A stretch of DNA of 64,000 bases from Francisellaceae bacterium UBA6186 (GCA_002422785.1 DITK01000053.1:892-64891), one strand, 5' to 3'. Counted from the first letter of the stretch, positions 1 to 9,614 are shown. Program-made: numbers and translations. The notes: generated by a model not told the origin, from the sequence alone.

Positions 1-279
1 AAATATTTTAAGCTATTATTAAATGATATTCCCTTAAAACAACACCAATTAGATCAATATATTAGTAAATATAGTAACAGAACTATCGCCCAATTAGATC
101 CAATTGAGCTTTGTATCTTACACGTCGCAAGTTACGAATTAATTTTTTGCCCTGATGTACCGTTTAAAGTAATCATCAGCGAAGCCCTAGACCTAGCTAC
201 GATGTTCGGTAGTGAAACTAGTTATAAATTTATCAATTCCATTATAGATCGCTTAGCAAAAGACTATAGAAAAATTTAG
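1..279 (+). CDS. nusB: Transcription antitermination factor NusB, C-terminal part (5' end lies outside the window)
   Basis: Frame +1 is open from the window edge to TAG at 277-279. The translation ...LDPIELCILHVASYELIFCPDVPFKVIISEALDLATMFGSETSYKFINSIIDRLA has the conserved NusB C-terminal helices (LDPIE..IL..A.YEL, DVP.KV.I.EA..LA..FG....KF.N..). Confidence 0.85.
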   Translation, partial: KYFKLLLNDIPLKQHQLDQYISKYSNRTIAQLDPIELCILHVASYELIFCPDVPFKVIISEALDLATMFGSETSYKFINSIIDRLAKDYRKI

Positions 280-349
280 CATTTGTACTATGCTGTATGG
301 TATATACAAGTTAGAAGATTACCTATATCTTGAGCTATATGGAAACTAT

Positions 350-916
350 ATGGATCCTGAACACACAAATTATACGCCATACAAAATATCCTCAGGGTTA
401 AAAATTAGCCTACTAGCTATTTATATCTTAACAATAAATATCGCAAATTCAGCCTATGCTGTAAACAAACAAACCGATCTCGCCAACGACAAAAGCTCTT
501 ATAAAAATTTTAACGATCCCACCAGACCCAAAATTACTATTTCTACCGAAGAATCAGCTGATCTTAAAGATCCAAATACTACGGTTACAACAAAATCCTC
601 AGTCACAAATTCTGAAAAATTAAAACTAAGCATGATTATAATTAAAAAAAATGATAGAAGTGCAGTTATTAACGACACAATCGTCAGAGAAAAAGATCAA
701 ATATCCGGTTACGAAATTACTAAAATAGAAAGTAATAAAGTAATTTTAAAAAATCCTAAAAATAAGGCTGCAAATCAAAAAACACCCCAAGAACCAAAAT
801 TACCTGGAGCTGATAGTTTTACAGAATTAAAATTACCTGCAGTGATTATAAAATCTTTTTTCACAACTACTAAGCATGCTACAGCAAAAGAAAATTATGC
901 TGGGGTTACAAAGTGA
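350..916 (+). CDS. MshK/PilP-like pilus assembly protein (track ORF starts at 290; ATG at 350 precedes a signal-like segment)
   Basis: Lies immediately upstream of the MshL secretin. Hydrophobic signal-like LKISLLAIYILTINIANSAYA. The C-terminal segment LKLSMIIIKKNDRSAVINDTIVREKDQISGYEITKIESNKVILK resembles the MshK/PilP/GspC-HR motif. Confidence 0.45.
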   Translation: MDPEHTNYTPYKISSGLKISLLAIYILTINIANSAYAVNKQTDLANDKSSYKNFNDPTRPKITISTEESADLKDPNTTVTTKSSVTNSEKLKLSMIIIKKNDRSAVINDTIVREKDQISGYEITKIESNKVILKNPKNKAANQKTPQEPKLPGADSFTELKLPAVIIKSFFTTTKHATAKENYAGVTK

Positions 917-2721
917 AAAATTTTTTAATTAAATCATCCAGCATAACTATATTGTTGTGGATATTTTTAACCTCTTGCAGCAGCCACCCGGCAAAATATG
1001 GCACTACTTTAGACAAAATCAAGCCCGAACTTAAACAAGCTTTTAATCCAGATAAAATACGCCCTTTAACCAAAGTGCCACATAGTATCGCTAATTTATT
1101 AATTCCCAAAATTAACAATATAGAATTAGCAGATGCTAACGATAATAATCAAATAGACAAAAAATTCAATATTGTGGCAGACAATACCCCAGCTAAATCG
1201 TTTTTTTTAGAGCTGGTAGATGGCACACCAATCAATGTAGTTGTACACCCTGAAGTTGTCGGCAATATATCTCTTTCTTTAAAAAATGTAAGTGTAAATG
1301 ATGTCTTAGAAGCAGTACAAAAAATTTATGGTTTTGGATTTGAATCATCTCAACAATCTATTAAAATTCTACCAGTATCCTTGCAAACTAGAGTTTTTAA
1401 ATTAAATTATTTAGATTTAGTCAGAACTGGAAATTCCGGAACTAACATAACTGGAGTTAATTTTTCCTCTTCTGGCGGAGGATCTAGCAGTACTAGTTCC
1501 TCTTCTTCTTCGTCTGCTAGCAGCAGCACTACCGGTAGCAATGTAAATACCACTAATACCACTAATTTATGGGATCAATTATTAAAAACTATTCAGTCAA
1601 TCTTAGGTATAAAACCTGGATCATCTTCTGGCTCTACAGATATTAATAGAAGCGTTGCGGTAAGTCCTATGACTGGAATGATTATAGTCACAGCGTACCC
1701 AAACGAATTGCAAAAAATAGAACAATTTTTAAATACTGCGGAAAATTCTTTAAATAAACAAGTAATGCTAGAAACTAAAGTATTAGAAGTAGATTTAAAT
1801 GATGGATATAGATCTGGAATTAATTGGGCTGTATTAAATGATCATATGAGGATCTCCCAAATTGGTAACGATATAAATAACGATGATAACTTAACTACTA
1901 GCAGCATAATAAATAGCGTTGCAGCTCAAACCGCTGGCAGCCACCCAGCCGATCTATCCACCGGAAATAAATATTTAGCACCAAGCATCCCCACTACTAT
2001 ATCAAATTTCGGCGGACTATTAACCTTAGGTATGAATTACCGAAAACTAGCAACTTTTGTAGAGTTATTATCCGCACAAGGTAATGTTCAAGTACTATCT
2101 AGCCCAAGAATTACTACTAGCAATAACCAGAAAGCACTAATAAAGGTTGGCAATGATCAATTTTTTATCACTAATGTAACAACAACTACAACTACGGCAG
2201 TTGGGGGAGGAGGGTCTGGATCTTCCGCTTCTACGCCAACTGTTACCCTCAGTCCCTTCTTCTCTGGGATAGCACTAGATGTTACTCCACAAATCGGCGA
2301 AGAAGATTTAATTTTACACATTCATCCAACTGTCAGCACCATAACCGGCATCAATACTAATATTCCTGGATCTGGTTCATTTGCGTTAGCTAAAAGTTCG
2401 ATACGAGAATCCGATAGTATCGTCCGGGCTAAAAATGGACAACTAATAGTTATCGGCGGATTAATGCAAGATAAAACAGCGGAACTTATAACTGGTATTC
2501 CATTTTTAAAAGATATCCCTTTTGTGGGAGCCGTATTTAGGCATACGAGACAACAAGCGGCTAAAAGCGAACTAGTCATTTTATTAAGGCCAACAATTTT
2601 AGATGACTATAAAATGAAGCATCAATTACAAAATACTTATAAAAGAATTAATGATTTGGATCATGGATTTCATGTTGGAGGAGGCAGCGGATGGTACGGA
2701 AATTTAGGCGAATCACCATAA
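913..2721 (+). CDS. mshL: MSHA-type pilus secretin MshL (lipoprotein secretin of the T2SS/T4P family)
   Basis: Lipobox LTSCSS. Conserved secretin C-domain (VLSSPRITTSNNQKALIKVG, IRESDSIVRAKNGQLIVIGGLMQD, IPFLKDIPFVGAVFR, ELVILLRPTIL). GTG start overlaps the upstream stop. Confidence 0.9.
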   Translation: MKNFLIKSSSITILLWIFLTSCSSHPAKYGTTLDKIKPELKQAFNPDKIRPLTKVPHSIANLLIPKINNIELADANDNNQIDKKFNIVADNTPAKSFFLELVDGTPINVVVHPEVVGNISLSLKNVSVNDVLEAVQKIYGFGFESSQQSIKILPVSLQTRVFKLNYLDLVRTGNSGTNITGVNFSSSGGGSSSTSSSSSSSASSSTTGSNVNTTNTTNLWDQLLKTIQSILGIKPGSSSGSTDINRSVAVSPMTGMIIVTAYPNELQKIEQFLNTAENSLNKQVMLETKVLEVDLNDGYRSGINWAVLNDHMRISQIGNDINNDDNLTTSSIINSVAAQTAGSHPADLSTGNKYLAPSIPTTISNFGGLLTLGMNYRKLATFVELLSAQGNVQVLSSPRITTSNNQKALIKVGNDQFFITNVTTTTTTAVGGGGSGSSASTPTVTLSPFFSGIALDVTPQIGEEDLILHIHPTVSTITGINTNIPGSGSFALAKSSIRESDSIVRAKNGQLIVIGGLMQDKTAELITGIPFLKDIPFVGAVFRHTRQQAAKSELVILLRPTILDDYKMKHQLQNTYKRINDLDHGFHVGGGSGWYGNLGESP

Positions 2722-3506
2722 TATTATTAGTGTTTTTATTGCTATTTTGGACAAACTTTGCCTGGTCTGATATCAATGAAGATATGATGTCAGAAATAAT
2801 GTCAGGGAAACCAATAGAATCAGCAGATGCAACTACAGAAATACCAACAATTACCCAACCATTGCCAGAAATTACAAATTCTAAGCAGGCAGTTACCAAC
2901 ATAATTAAAGAACAATTACCATTAACTGCCCAAGATCAAGCAATTATTTCTTACAATAAAGGATTAGAAGCTGTTACCAGCAACCAAGAAATAGAAGCTG
3001 TAACATTATTCAAAAAAGCATTAATAGAATATCCAAAACATCACAAATCAAGGATGCAACTTATAAGCATCTATCAGAAAATTGGCTGGAACGATGAAGT
3101 AGAAAAATTATTGCAAGCTGGATTAGATTTAGATCCTGAACATGCTGATTTTATTAAAAATTTAGCACTATTATATCAACAGAAAGGGCAAATGAGAAAA
3201 GCATTATCTATATTACTTTCAATGCCAGATAATCAAGCTACTCAACCTGATTATTTGGCATTATTAGCATTAGCATATTTAAATGCCGATCAACCTAGTA
3301 TGGCGGAAAAATACTATCACAAATTACTAACAGTTAATAAAGAAAACTGTATTTGGTGGCTAGGATTAGCAGTTGCTCAAGATGCTAATGGAAATTATAG
3401 AAAAGCAATAGATAGTTTTAATCAAGCCAAAACATTAGGTCGATTTAATACTGAAACTTTAGATTACATCAATAATAAAATGGAAGAAATTAAACAATAT
3501 GAATAG
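2691..3506 (+). CDS. TPR-repeat pilus biogenesis protein, MshN-like
   Basis: N-terminal membrane anchor followed by TPR-like repeats (AVTLFKKALIEYPKH..., LALLYQQKGQMRKAL, AEKYYHKLL, YRKAIDSFNQA). Sits between the secretin and the MshE ATPase, as mshN does in Vibrio msh loci. Confidence 0.55.
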   Translation: MVRKFRRITIILLVFLLLFWTNFAWSDINEDMMSEIMSGKPIESADATTEIPTITQPLPEITNSKQAVTNIIKEQLPLTAQDQAIISYNKGLEAVTSNQEIEAVTLFKKALIEYPKHHKSRMQLISIYQKIGWNDEVEKLLQAGLDLDPEHADFIKNLALLYQQKGQMRKALSILLSMPDNQATQPDYLALLALAYLNADQPSMAEKYYHKLLTVNKENCIWWLGLAVAQDANGNYRKAIDSFNQAKTLGRFNTETLDYINNKMEEIKQYE

Positions 3507-3512
3507 GATCTC

Positions 3513-5279
3513 ATGAATAAAAACAAAATAAAGCTAGGAGATTTATTGTTAACCGCAGGTGTTATTAATGATGAACAATTAAATCAAGCTTTAACAGTGC
3601 AACGAGAAAAAGGTAACAAATTGGGTGCAACTTTAATAGAACTTGGATTTGTAACAGAAAAAATATTATTAGACACCTTATCTAAACAATTAAATATACC
3701 CTATATAGATTTAACTAATTTTAATGTCGACGCAGAAATAGTACGTCAGATACCAGAAAGAATAGCACGTCGTTTCCGAGTTGTAGCATTAGATCTAAAG
3801 AACGACAAATATACAGTTGGCATGGTAGATCCAACTGATGTGTTAGCATTTGATGAAATCAGCAAAATTTTAGGTAACTCTATCCAAATCGTCTTAATCA
3901 AAGAATCTGGTTTATTAAATATAGTTGATCATGTATATCGACGCACTGAAGATATCGTGTCTTTTGCTAAAGAATTAAAAGAAGAACTGGGCAAAGAAAA
4001 GCCTGCTTTTAGAACGTCCGACGAAAATGTTTCTGGTGATGAATCATCTCCTGTTGCAAAATTATTAGATTCTATTTTTGAAGATGCAGTTCAAGTTGGC
4101 GCATCAGATATCCATATTGAACCAGAAACTAACTTAGTAAGAATAAGACAGAGAGTTGATGGTATATTACAAGAAAGCATTATAGAAGGCAGACAAATCG
4201 CTGATTCTTTGATTTTAAGAATTAAATTATTAGCTAAATTAAATATTTCTGAAAAACGTTTACCACAAGATGGTAGATTTTTAATCAAAGTTAAAAGCCG
4301 CTCATTAGATGTACGTGCTGCCACTATGCCAGTTAGGTATGGAGAAACTGCGGTATTACGTTTATTGGATCAATCGGCCGGAATTTTACAGATAAACCAA
4401 TTAGGGATCAGGGAAGATATTTTACATAAAATTTTATTTCATATTCATAGACCAAATGGACTAATTTTAGTAACAGGACCTACCGGTAGTGGTAAAACTA
4501 CAACATTATATTCGATATTAAATGAACTAAATATACCAGACAAAAAAATTATCACGATAGAAGATCCAATAGAATATTCGTTATCAAGAATAAGCCAAAT
4601 CCAAGTTAATGCAACTATTGGTTTGACGTTTGCTAGAATTTTGCGTACCGCTTTAAGGCAAGATCCAGAAATTATTATGGTTGGTGAAATGCGTGATGAA
4701 GAAACTGCTCAGATTGGCTTGCGTGCCGCTATGACTGGTCACTTAGTACTAGCCACTTTGCACACTAATGATGCAGTAAGCTCCGCCACCCGCCTAATTG
4801 ATATGGGTGCTGAAGGATATTTAGTCGCAGCATCACTAAGAGCAATTATTGCCCAAAGATTAGTCAGAAAAATTTGCATTAGCTGCATTACAGAGGCCGA
4901 CATAACCCCGGATGAACAAGAAATATTAAAAAATTTAATTGGTCGTATAGATCTTAAATGGAAATTCAGTAAAGGCACTGGCTGTTCTCATTGTACTAAT
5001 ACTGGCTATAAAGGTCGGGTTGCCGTACATGAATTATTAGAAATGAATTTTGCATTATCTAATGCACTAAGAACTGGCGACTCTGCTGTTTTTACTAAAA
5101 CAGCATTACAACAAAAAGATTTTCGACCATTGGCGATGAATATACTAGACTATGCTTTAAAGGGTATAACCAGTTTAGAAGAAATGTTTAGAATAGCTGG
5201 CGAAGTTTCGGATATTATTAAAGACAATGATACCAATAATCACGAAACATTAGCTGTAGATCAAAATAACCCAATTTGA
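3513..5279 (+). CDS. mshE: MSHA pilus extension ATPase MshE (GspE/PilB family) with N-terminal c-di-GMP-binding MshEN domain
   Basis: Walker A GPTGSGKTT, Asp box, Walker B IIMVGEMRD, His box LVLATLHTND, and a tetracysteine CISC...CSHC. Two tandem MshEN motifs at residues 7-59. Confidence 0.92.
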   Translation: MNKNKIKLGDLLLTAGVINDEQLNQALTVQREKGNKLGATLIELGFVTEKILLDTLSKQLNIPYIDLTNFNVDAEIVRQIPERIARRFRVVALDLKNDKYTVGMVDPTDVLAFDEISKILGNSIQIVLIKESGLLNIVDHVYRRTEDIVSFAKELKEELGKEKPAFRTSDENVSGDESSPVAKLLDSIFEDAVQVGASDIHIEPETNLVRIRQRVDGILQESIIEGRQIADSLILRIKLLAKLNISEKRLPQDGRFLIKVKSRSLDVRAATMPVRYGETAVLRLLDQSAGILQINQLGIREDILHKILFHIHRPNGLILVTGPTGSGKTTTLYSILNELNIPDKKIITIEDPIEYSLSRISQIQVNATIGLTFARILRTALRQDPEIIMVGEMRDEETAQIGLRAAMTGHLVLATLHTNDAVSSATRLIDMGAEGYLVAASLRAIIAQRLVRKICISCITEADITPDEQEILKNLIGRIDLKWKFSKGTGCSHCTNTGYKGRVAVHELLEMNFALSNALRTGDSAVFTKTALQQKDFRPLAMNILDYALKGITSLEEMFRIAGEVSDIIKDNDTNNHETLAVDQNNPI

Positions 5280-5299
5280 CAATCATGGTAGGATAACAT

Positions 5300-6514
5300 A
5301 TGCACTTTATTTATAATGGCAAAAATTCTACGGGAGAAGCCGTAACAGGTAAAATTGATGCAGTAAATCGTGATGCAGCACAAGATGCATTGAACAAAGA
5401 CGGTATAACCGTAATAGAAATAGATCTTGATGACGACACTTCTGATTTAATGGCAAAATTAAATGTCTTTAACAATCCAACCCCAACAGATTTGATTATT
5501 TTTTCTAAACAAATGTATGCCATGCTAAGATCAGGTGTGCCAATAATTAGATCGATAAACATAGTGAGTGATAGTTGTAAAAATCAAAAATTAAGTACTA
5601 CTTTATCTAATATTGCAACTCGCTTGGAGTCTGGATATGGATTTGCAGTATCAATAGAAAAATATCACAAAATTTTCCCAAGGTTAATGGCAGCCCTAAT
5701 AAGCATCGGAGAACAAACTGGAACATTAGATAAATCATTCCAACAAATTGCTACCCACTTGGAAAAAGAAGATGAAACAAAGAAACGCATCAAAGCGGCC
5801 ATGCGTTATCCAATACTCGTCATTTGTGCCATTGCTATTGCAATAGCAATTATGAATATTGTAGTTATTCCAGCATTTGCAGGATTTTTCGCTCAATTTA
5901 AAGCTACATTACCGCTACCAACCAGAATTTTAATGGCAACCTCTAAGTTTACTTTACATTATTGGTGGTTAATTTTGGCTGTTATTATTGGCGGCACATT
6001 AATACTCATAAATTATGTTAAAACTAAACAAGGTAGATATATATGGGATCGCTATAAAATTCATCTCCCTTTAGTTGGTAGCATTATAGAAAGATCGTTA
6101 TTAGCAAGATTTTCTAGATCTTTTGCTTTATGCTTTAGAACCGGCATACCTTTATTAGAAGCTATATCTCTTATTGCAGCCACTTGTGATAATTCTTATG
6201 TGGAAAGTAAAATATTAGATATGAAAACCAATATTGAACATGGCGAATCAATGACAATTGCCGCAAAAAACACTAAATTATTCAACAGCTTAGTATTACA
6301 AATGATTTTAATCGGCGAAGAAAGTGGTGAATTAGATAGATTATTAGACGAAGTTGCCAATTTTTATGAGCAAGAACTAGATTATGATATTAAACAGCTT
6401 AGTAGTTTAATTGAACCGATTTTAATTGGTGTTATGGCTGGTATGGTATTAATTTTAGCCTTAGGCATTTTCTTGCCTATGTGGGAATTAGCCAAAGTTG
6501 CTGGCAAACATTAA
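5300..6514 (+). CDS. mshG: Pilus platform protein MshG (GspF/PilC family)
   Basis: Two GspF repeats (FSKQMYAMLRSGVPI / FSRSFALCFRTGIPLLEAI), three predicted TM segments, C-terminal EPILIGVMAGMV. Confidence 0.9.
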   Translation: MHFIYNGKNSTGEAVTGKIDAVNRDAAQDALNKDGITVIEIDLDDDTSDLMAKLNVFNNPTPTDLIIFSKQMYAMLRSGVPIIRSINIVSDSCKNQKLSTTLSNIATRLESGYGFAVSIEKYHKIFPRLMAALISIGEQTGTLDKSFQQIATHLEKEDETKKRIKAAMRYPILVICAIAIAIAIMNIVVIPAFAGFFAQFKATLPLPTRILMATSKFTLHYWWLILAVIIGGTLILINYVKTKQGRYIWDRYKIHLPLVGSIIERSLLARFSRSFALCFRTGIPLLEAISLIAATCDNSYVESKILDMKTNIEHGESMTIAAKNTKLFNSLVLQMILIGEESGELDRLLDEVANFYEQELDYDIKQLSSLIEPILIGVMAGMVLILALGIFLPMWELAKVAGKH

Positions 6515-6563
6515 AATAGTTAACTAAAATTAATGTACAAACTTTTATAAATTATATAATAAA

Positions 6564-7091
6564 TTGAAACATATGAAAACTATTGTATCGCCATATCAAA
6601 ACCATAACAATAAATTACTAGGTTTTACACTAATCGAATTAGTAATTGTTATCGTACTAATTGGTATTTTATCAGCAGTGGCTTTACCAAAATTCGCCAG
6701 CCTAACTACCCAAGCCAGACAGTCATCCGCAGCTGGAGTTGCAGGTGGTTTAGCTTCAGCAGTTGGGTTAGCCCATGCTCAATGGCTAGCAAATGGCGGC
6801 GGAACCGCCGCCAGCGTAACACTAGAAGGACAGGTTATTTACCTTAGCACTAATGGTTGGCCAGAAGATACCGCCGGTTCTGTGTCTGGCGTTGCAACAG
6901 CTGCCAAATGTTTAAATGTATGGAATGCGGTTTTAAATAGCCCGCCACAAGCTGCTGCTGGCACTTGTACTGTACCATGTCAATATTTGGTCACCGGGGC
7001 AACGACAGTTTGTTCCTACAAAGATCAACAAGGAACAGGGACGAATATTATAACTTATAATATTAGTACCGGAGCTGTGGTCTCTCCGTAA
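6564..7091 (+). CDS. Type IVa (MSHA-type) pilin, paralog 1 (TTG at 6564; ATG at 6573 is an alternative start)
   Basis: Class III signal/N-methylation motif G|FTLIELVIVIVLIGILSAVALPKF. Four Cys in the C-terminal half. Paralogous to the next gene. Confidence 0.85.
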   Translation: MKHMKTIVSPYQNHNNKLLGFTLIELVIVIVLIGILSAVALPKFASLTTQARQSSAAGVAGGLASAVGLAHAQWLANGGGTAASVTLEGQVIYLSTNGWPEDTAGSVSGVATAAKCLNVWNAVLNSPPQAAAGTCTVPCQYLVTGATTVCSYKDQQGTGTNIITYNISTGAVVSP

Positions 7092-7142
7092 ACATAGTCT
7101 ATAATTATTAAAGTAACGGTTGATAAACAATATAAATAATTT

Positions 7143-7664
7143 ATGTATATGCAACATATTAAAAATAAAAATTATAGTCAACAAGGCTTTACGCTAATTG
7201 AATTAGTAATTGTTATCGTATTAATTGGTGTTTTATCTGCCGTGGCTTTACCAAAATTTGCAAGCTTAACCACCCAAGCAAGACAGGCTGCTGCAGCTGG
7301 TGTTGCGGGCGGCTTAAGTGCTGCCGCATCGGTCGCCCACGCTCAATGGTTAGCAAGTGGCAGCCCAACCAGTATTACTTTAGAAGGACAAATAGTATAT
7401 ATGAGTCCAGTGGTAGCCGGAGTTGGCGGTTGGCCAGAAGACACCGCAGCTGCTGGCACTGGAACCGCAACTGCAGCTAAATGTTTAGCGGTATGGAACG
7501 GTATTTTAAATAGTCCACCACAAGCTGGAACTGCGTGTGTATCACCTTGCCAATATTTGGTAACAGTTACTACCTCTCCTACTTGTAAATTTCAAGACCA
7601 ACAAGGAACTGGAGCTAACATTATAACCTATAATATTAATACTGGTGCGGTTGTTTCTCCGTAA
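7143..7664 (+). CDS. Type IVa (MSHA-type) pilin, paralog 2
   Basis: G|FTLIELVIVIVLIGVLSAVALPKFASLTTQARQ is near-identical to paralog 1. The C-terminus QDQQGTGANIITYNINTGAVVSP is also shared. Confidence 0.85.
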   Translation: MYMQHIKNKNYSQQGFTLIELVIVIVLIGVLSAVALPKFASLTTQARQAAAAGVAGGLSAAASVAHAQWLASGSPTSITLEGQIVYMSPVVAGVGGWPEDTAAAGTGTATAAKCLAVWNGILNSPPQAGTACVSPCQYLVTVTTSPTCKFQDQQGTGANIITYNINTGAVVSP

Positions 7665-7671
7665 TTCTTAT

Positions 7672-8154
7672 ATGTTACTGCACAAAACATCAGGGTTTAC
7701 TTTAATCGAATTAGTCGCATCAATCATTTTAACTGCTATTGTTGCATATAATGTTATACCTAAATTTTTTAACGCAGTAATATTCTCTCAAAATTTATTC
7801 GTTCAAAATACCACCAGTGCTTTATTATACGCACAGAATCTAGCAATGGGATCTGGATGCCATATATCGGTTACCGCAACTACCAATACTATAACTTTAA
7901 ATTTAAGAAGCAGCTGTACTTCTGGTAATTTCACTAATGTCGTACAAGATCCTAATAATATTGCCAATTCTTTTATAAAAACAGCCCCCACCGGAGTTAC
8001 CCTAACTAATACTAATTTTCCACTTTATTTTGATGGGTCCGGTAGAGGTAGGCTGGTCAGTAATAATAATACTACTAATGCCACAATTAATATTATTGGC
8101 AGCGGCCTTACCACTACAATTAATATTAAAGGAAATACTGGCCAGATTAGTTAA
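7672..8154 (+). CDS. Minor pilin, MshC-like (track ORF starts at 7645)
   Basis: Prepilin motif SG|FTLIELVASIILTAIV, located directly after the major pilin genes. Confidence 0.6.
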   Translation: MLLHKTSGFTLIELVASIILTAIVAYNVIPKFFNAVIFSQNLFVQNTTSALLYAQNLAMGSGCHISVTATTNTITLNLRSSCTSGNFTNVVQDPNNIANSFIKTAPTGVTLTNTNFPLYFDGSGRGRLVSNNNTTNATINIIGSGLTTTINIKGNTGQIS

Positions 8155-8179
8155 TTAATTTCGCATTAAGGGTTTAATA

Positions 8180-8659
8180 ATGTATTTAAAAAGAATAACA
8201 GGGACATCATTAATCGAGTTAGTTGCGTCCATTACCATTGTCAGCATTTCTTTAACTAGCGTAGTACTTGCTTATTACCAAGCATCAAAAGCTCCATCGG
8301 CTAATGCGATGCAACAAGCCCTTACTATTTCTTCTAACTATTTGAATGAAATTCTACATAAAAATTTTCCAACAACGCTGCCATGCCCAGCCCCGCCTGC
8401 TAGTCGTCGAAATTATACCAATGTTTGCGACTATAATAATTTAATCAATGTTGGGGCCAAAGATAAAAATGGCAATGCAATTACTGGATTAGAAGATTAT
8501 ACCGTCTCTGTAAATTTAGTTACATCAACAGCTGCAGTTTTAGGTGGTTTAACAGGGGGCGCAACTGCTGCGGCGGCCAAAGTCGTAAGAATAGATGTTA
8601 CCGTGACTAATATTAGTATGCCTAATTTTGTTATTAGCTCCTATAAAGGAAAATATTAA
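8180..8659 (+). CDS. Minor pilin, MshD-like
   Basis: Prepilin-like N-terminus TG|TSLIELVASITIVSISL, in operon position after the MshC-like gene. Confidence 0.55.
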   Translation: MYLKRITGTSLIELVASITIVSISLTSVVLAYYQASKAPSANAMQQALTISSNYLNEILHKNFPTTLPCPAPPASRRNYTNVCDYNNLINVGAKDKNGNAITGLEDYTVSVNLVTSTAAVLGGLTGGATAAAAKVVRIDVTVTNISMPNFVISSYKGKY

Positions 8660-9168
8660 TGATTATTGCTTTGGGCTTTAGTTTATTTGAGGTAGCTCTT
8701 ACATTAGTTATAAGTAGTATTGTATTAGCAATTACTGGTACATTTGTAGCATCATCCGTTAATATTGTAACGGCAGTTGCAAGTCAAGCAGCTTCTAGCT
8801 CTACAGCAACTGTGGCATTAAACATTCTAACCGATGATTTTATAAATAATAGAGGCAATGTTGATATAGGTGCTAAGCATGATCACAAGAATAACACACT
8901 AACTTTGCAATTCAAAATAGCTAAAACTAACGATCCAGCTCATGACATGCTAGTTAAATATATTTGTGATTATGATTTTAACCAAGTATATAGGCAAACC
9001 GAAGGCTCTGCTAAAGAGCTATTTTTAGATCAAATGACTGCTTGTGACTTTGCAACAACTATCTCTGCAGATAAAACTACTATAACTCTTACCACTAATA
9101 TTACAATTATGATGAATAATACTGCAATTAATTTATACGAGGTTACAGATGCACCGTATGACAAATAA
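8659..9168 (+). CDS. Minor pilin-like protein, MshO-like
   Basis: N-terminus LG|FSLFEVALTLVISSIVLAI (G-F-S-L-x-E). Start overlaps the previous stop (ATGA-type junction). Confidence 0.45.
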   Translation: MIIALGFSLFEVALTLVISSIVLAITGTFVASSVNIVTAVASQAASSSTATVALNILTDDFINNRGNVDIGAKHDHKNNTLTLQFKIAKTNDPAHDMLVKYICDYDFNQVYRQTEGSAKELFLDQMTACDFATTISADKTTITLTTNITIMMNNTAINLYEVTDAPYDK

Positions 9169-9529
9169 AAATTCCGCTGTCACTATAATGTCTGCTGTTT
9201 TTATTTTATTAGTGATGGCTTTAACTGCTAAATTTATCGTAGATATATCAAGCGACACTATGGCAGGTAATAATATTTTATTACAAGGCGGACGTGCAGT
9301 GTATGCTGCCAGAAGTGGTGTACAGTGGGGTTTAACTACCGCCGTTACCAATACTGCATGCCCACCTGCAACTACCATATCAATTAATCAAGCTGGGTTA
9401 ATTGGTTTTTCAGCCTATGTAACCTGTACTTCTCCTTCTGCTAACAGATATAATGTAACAGCAGTTGCAACTTATGGTACCTTCGGGCAATTTGGTTACG
9501 TGACCAGAACCGCAACTGGTAGCAAATAG
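9149..9529 (+). CDS. Small pilus-associated membrane-anchored protein, MshP/PilX-like
   Basis: N-terminal hydrophobic anchor SAVTIMSAVFILLVMALTA with no Glu5, as in MshP/PilX-type proteins. It is the last gene of the pilin run. Confidence 0.4.
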   Translation: MHRMTNKNSAVTIMSAVFILLVMALTAKFIVDISSDTMAGNNILLQGGRAVYAARSGVQWGLTTAVTNTACPPATTISINQAGLIGFSAYVTCTSPSANRYNVTAVATYGTFGQFGYVTRTATGSK

Positions 9530-9614
9530 TTTTAAGACAAACAGCATTCTCAGGTTGAAATCCCCTAATAGTTTTGTTATTAATCAGGTAATAATAAAAT
9601 TATTAGGGGATGAC

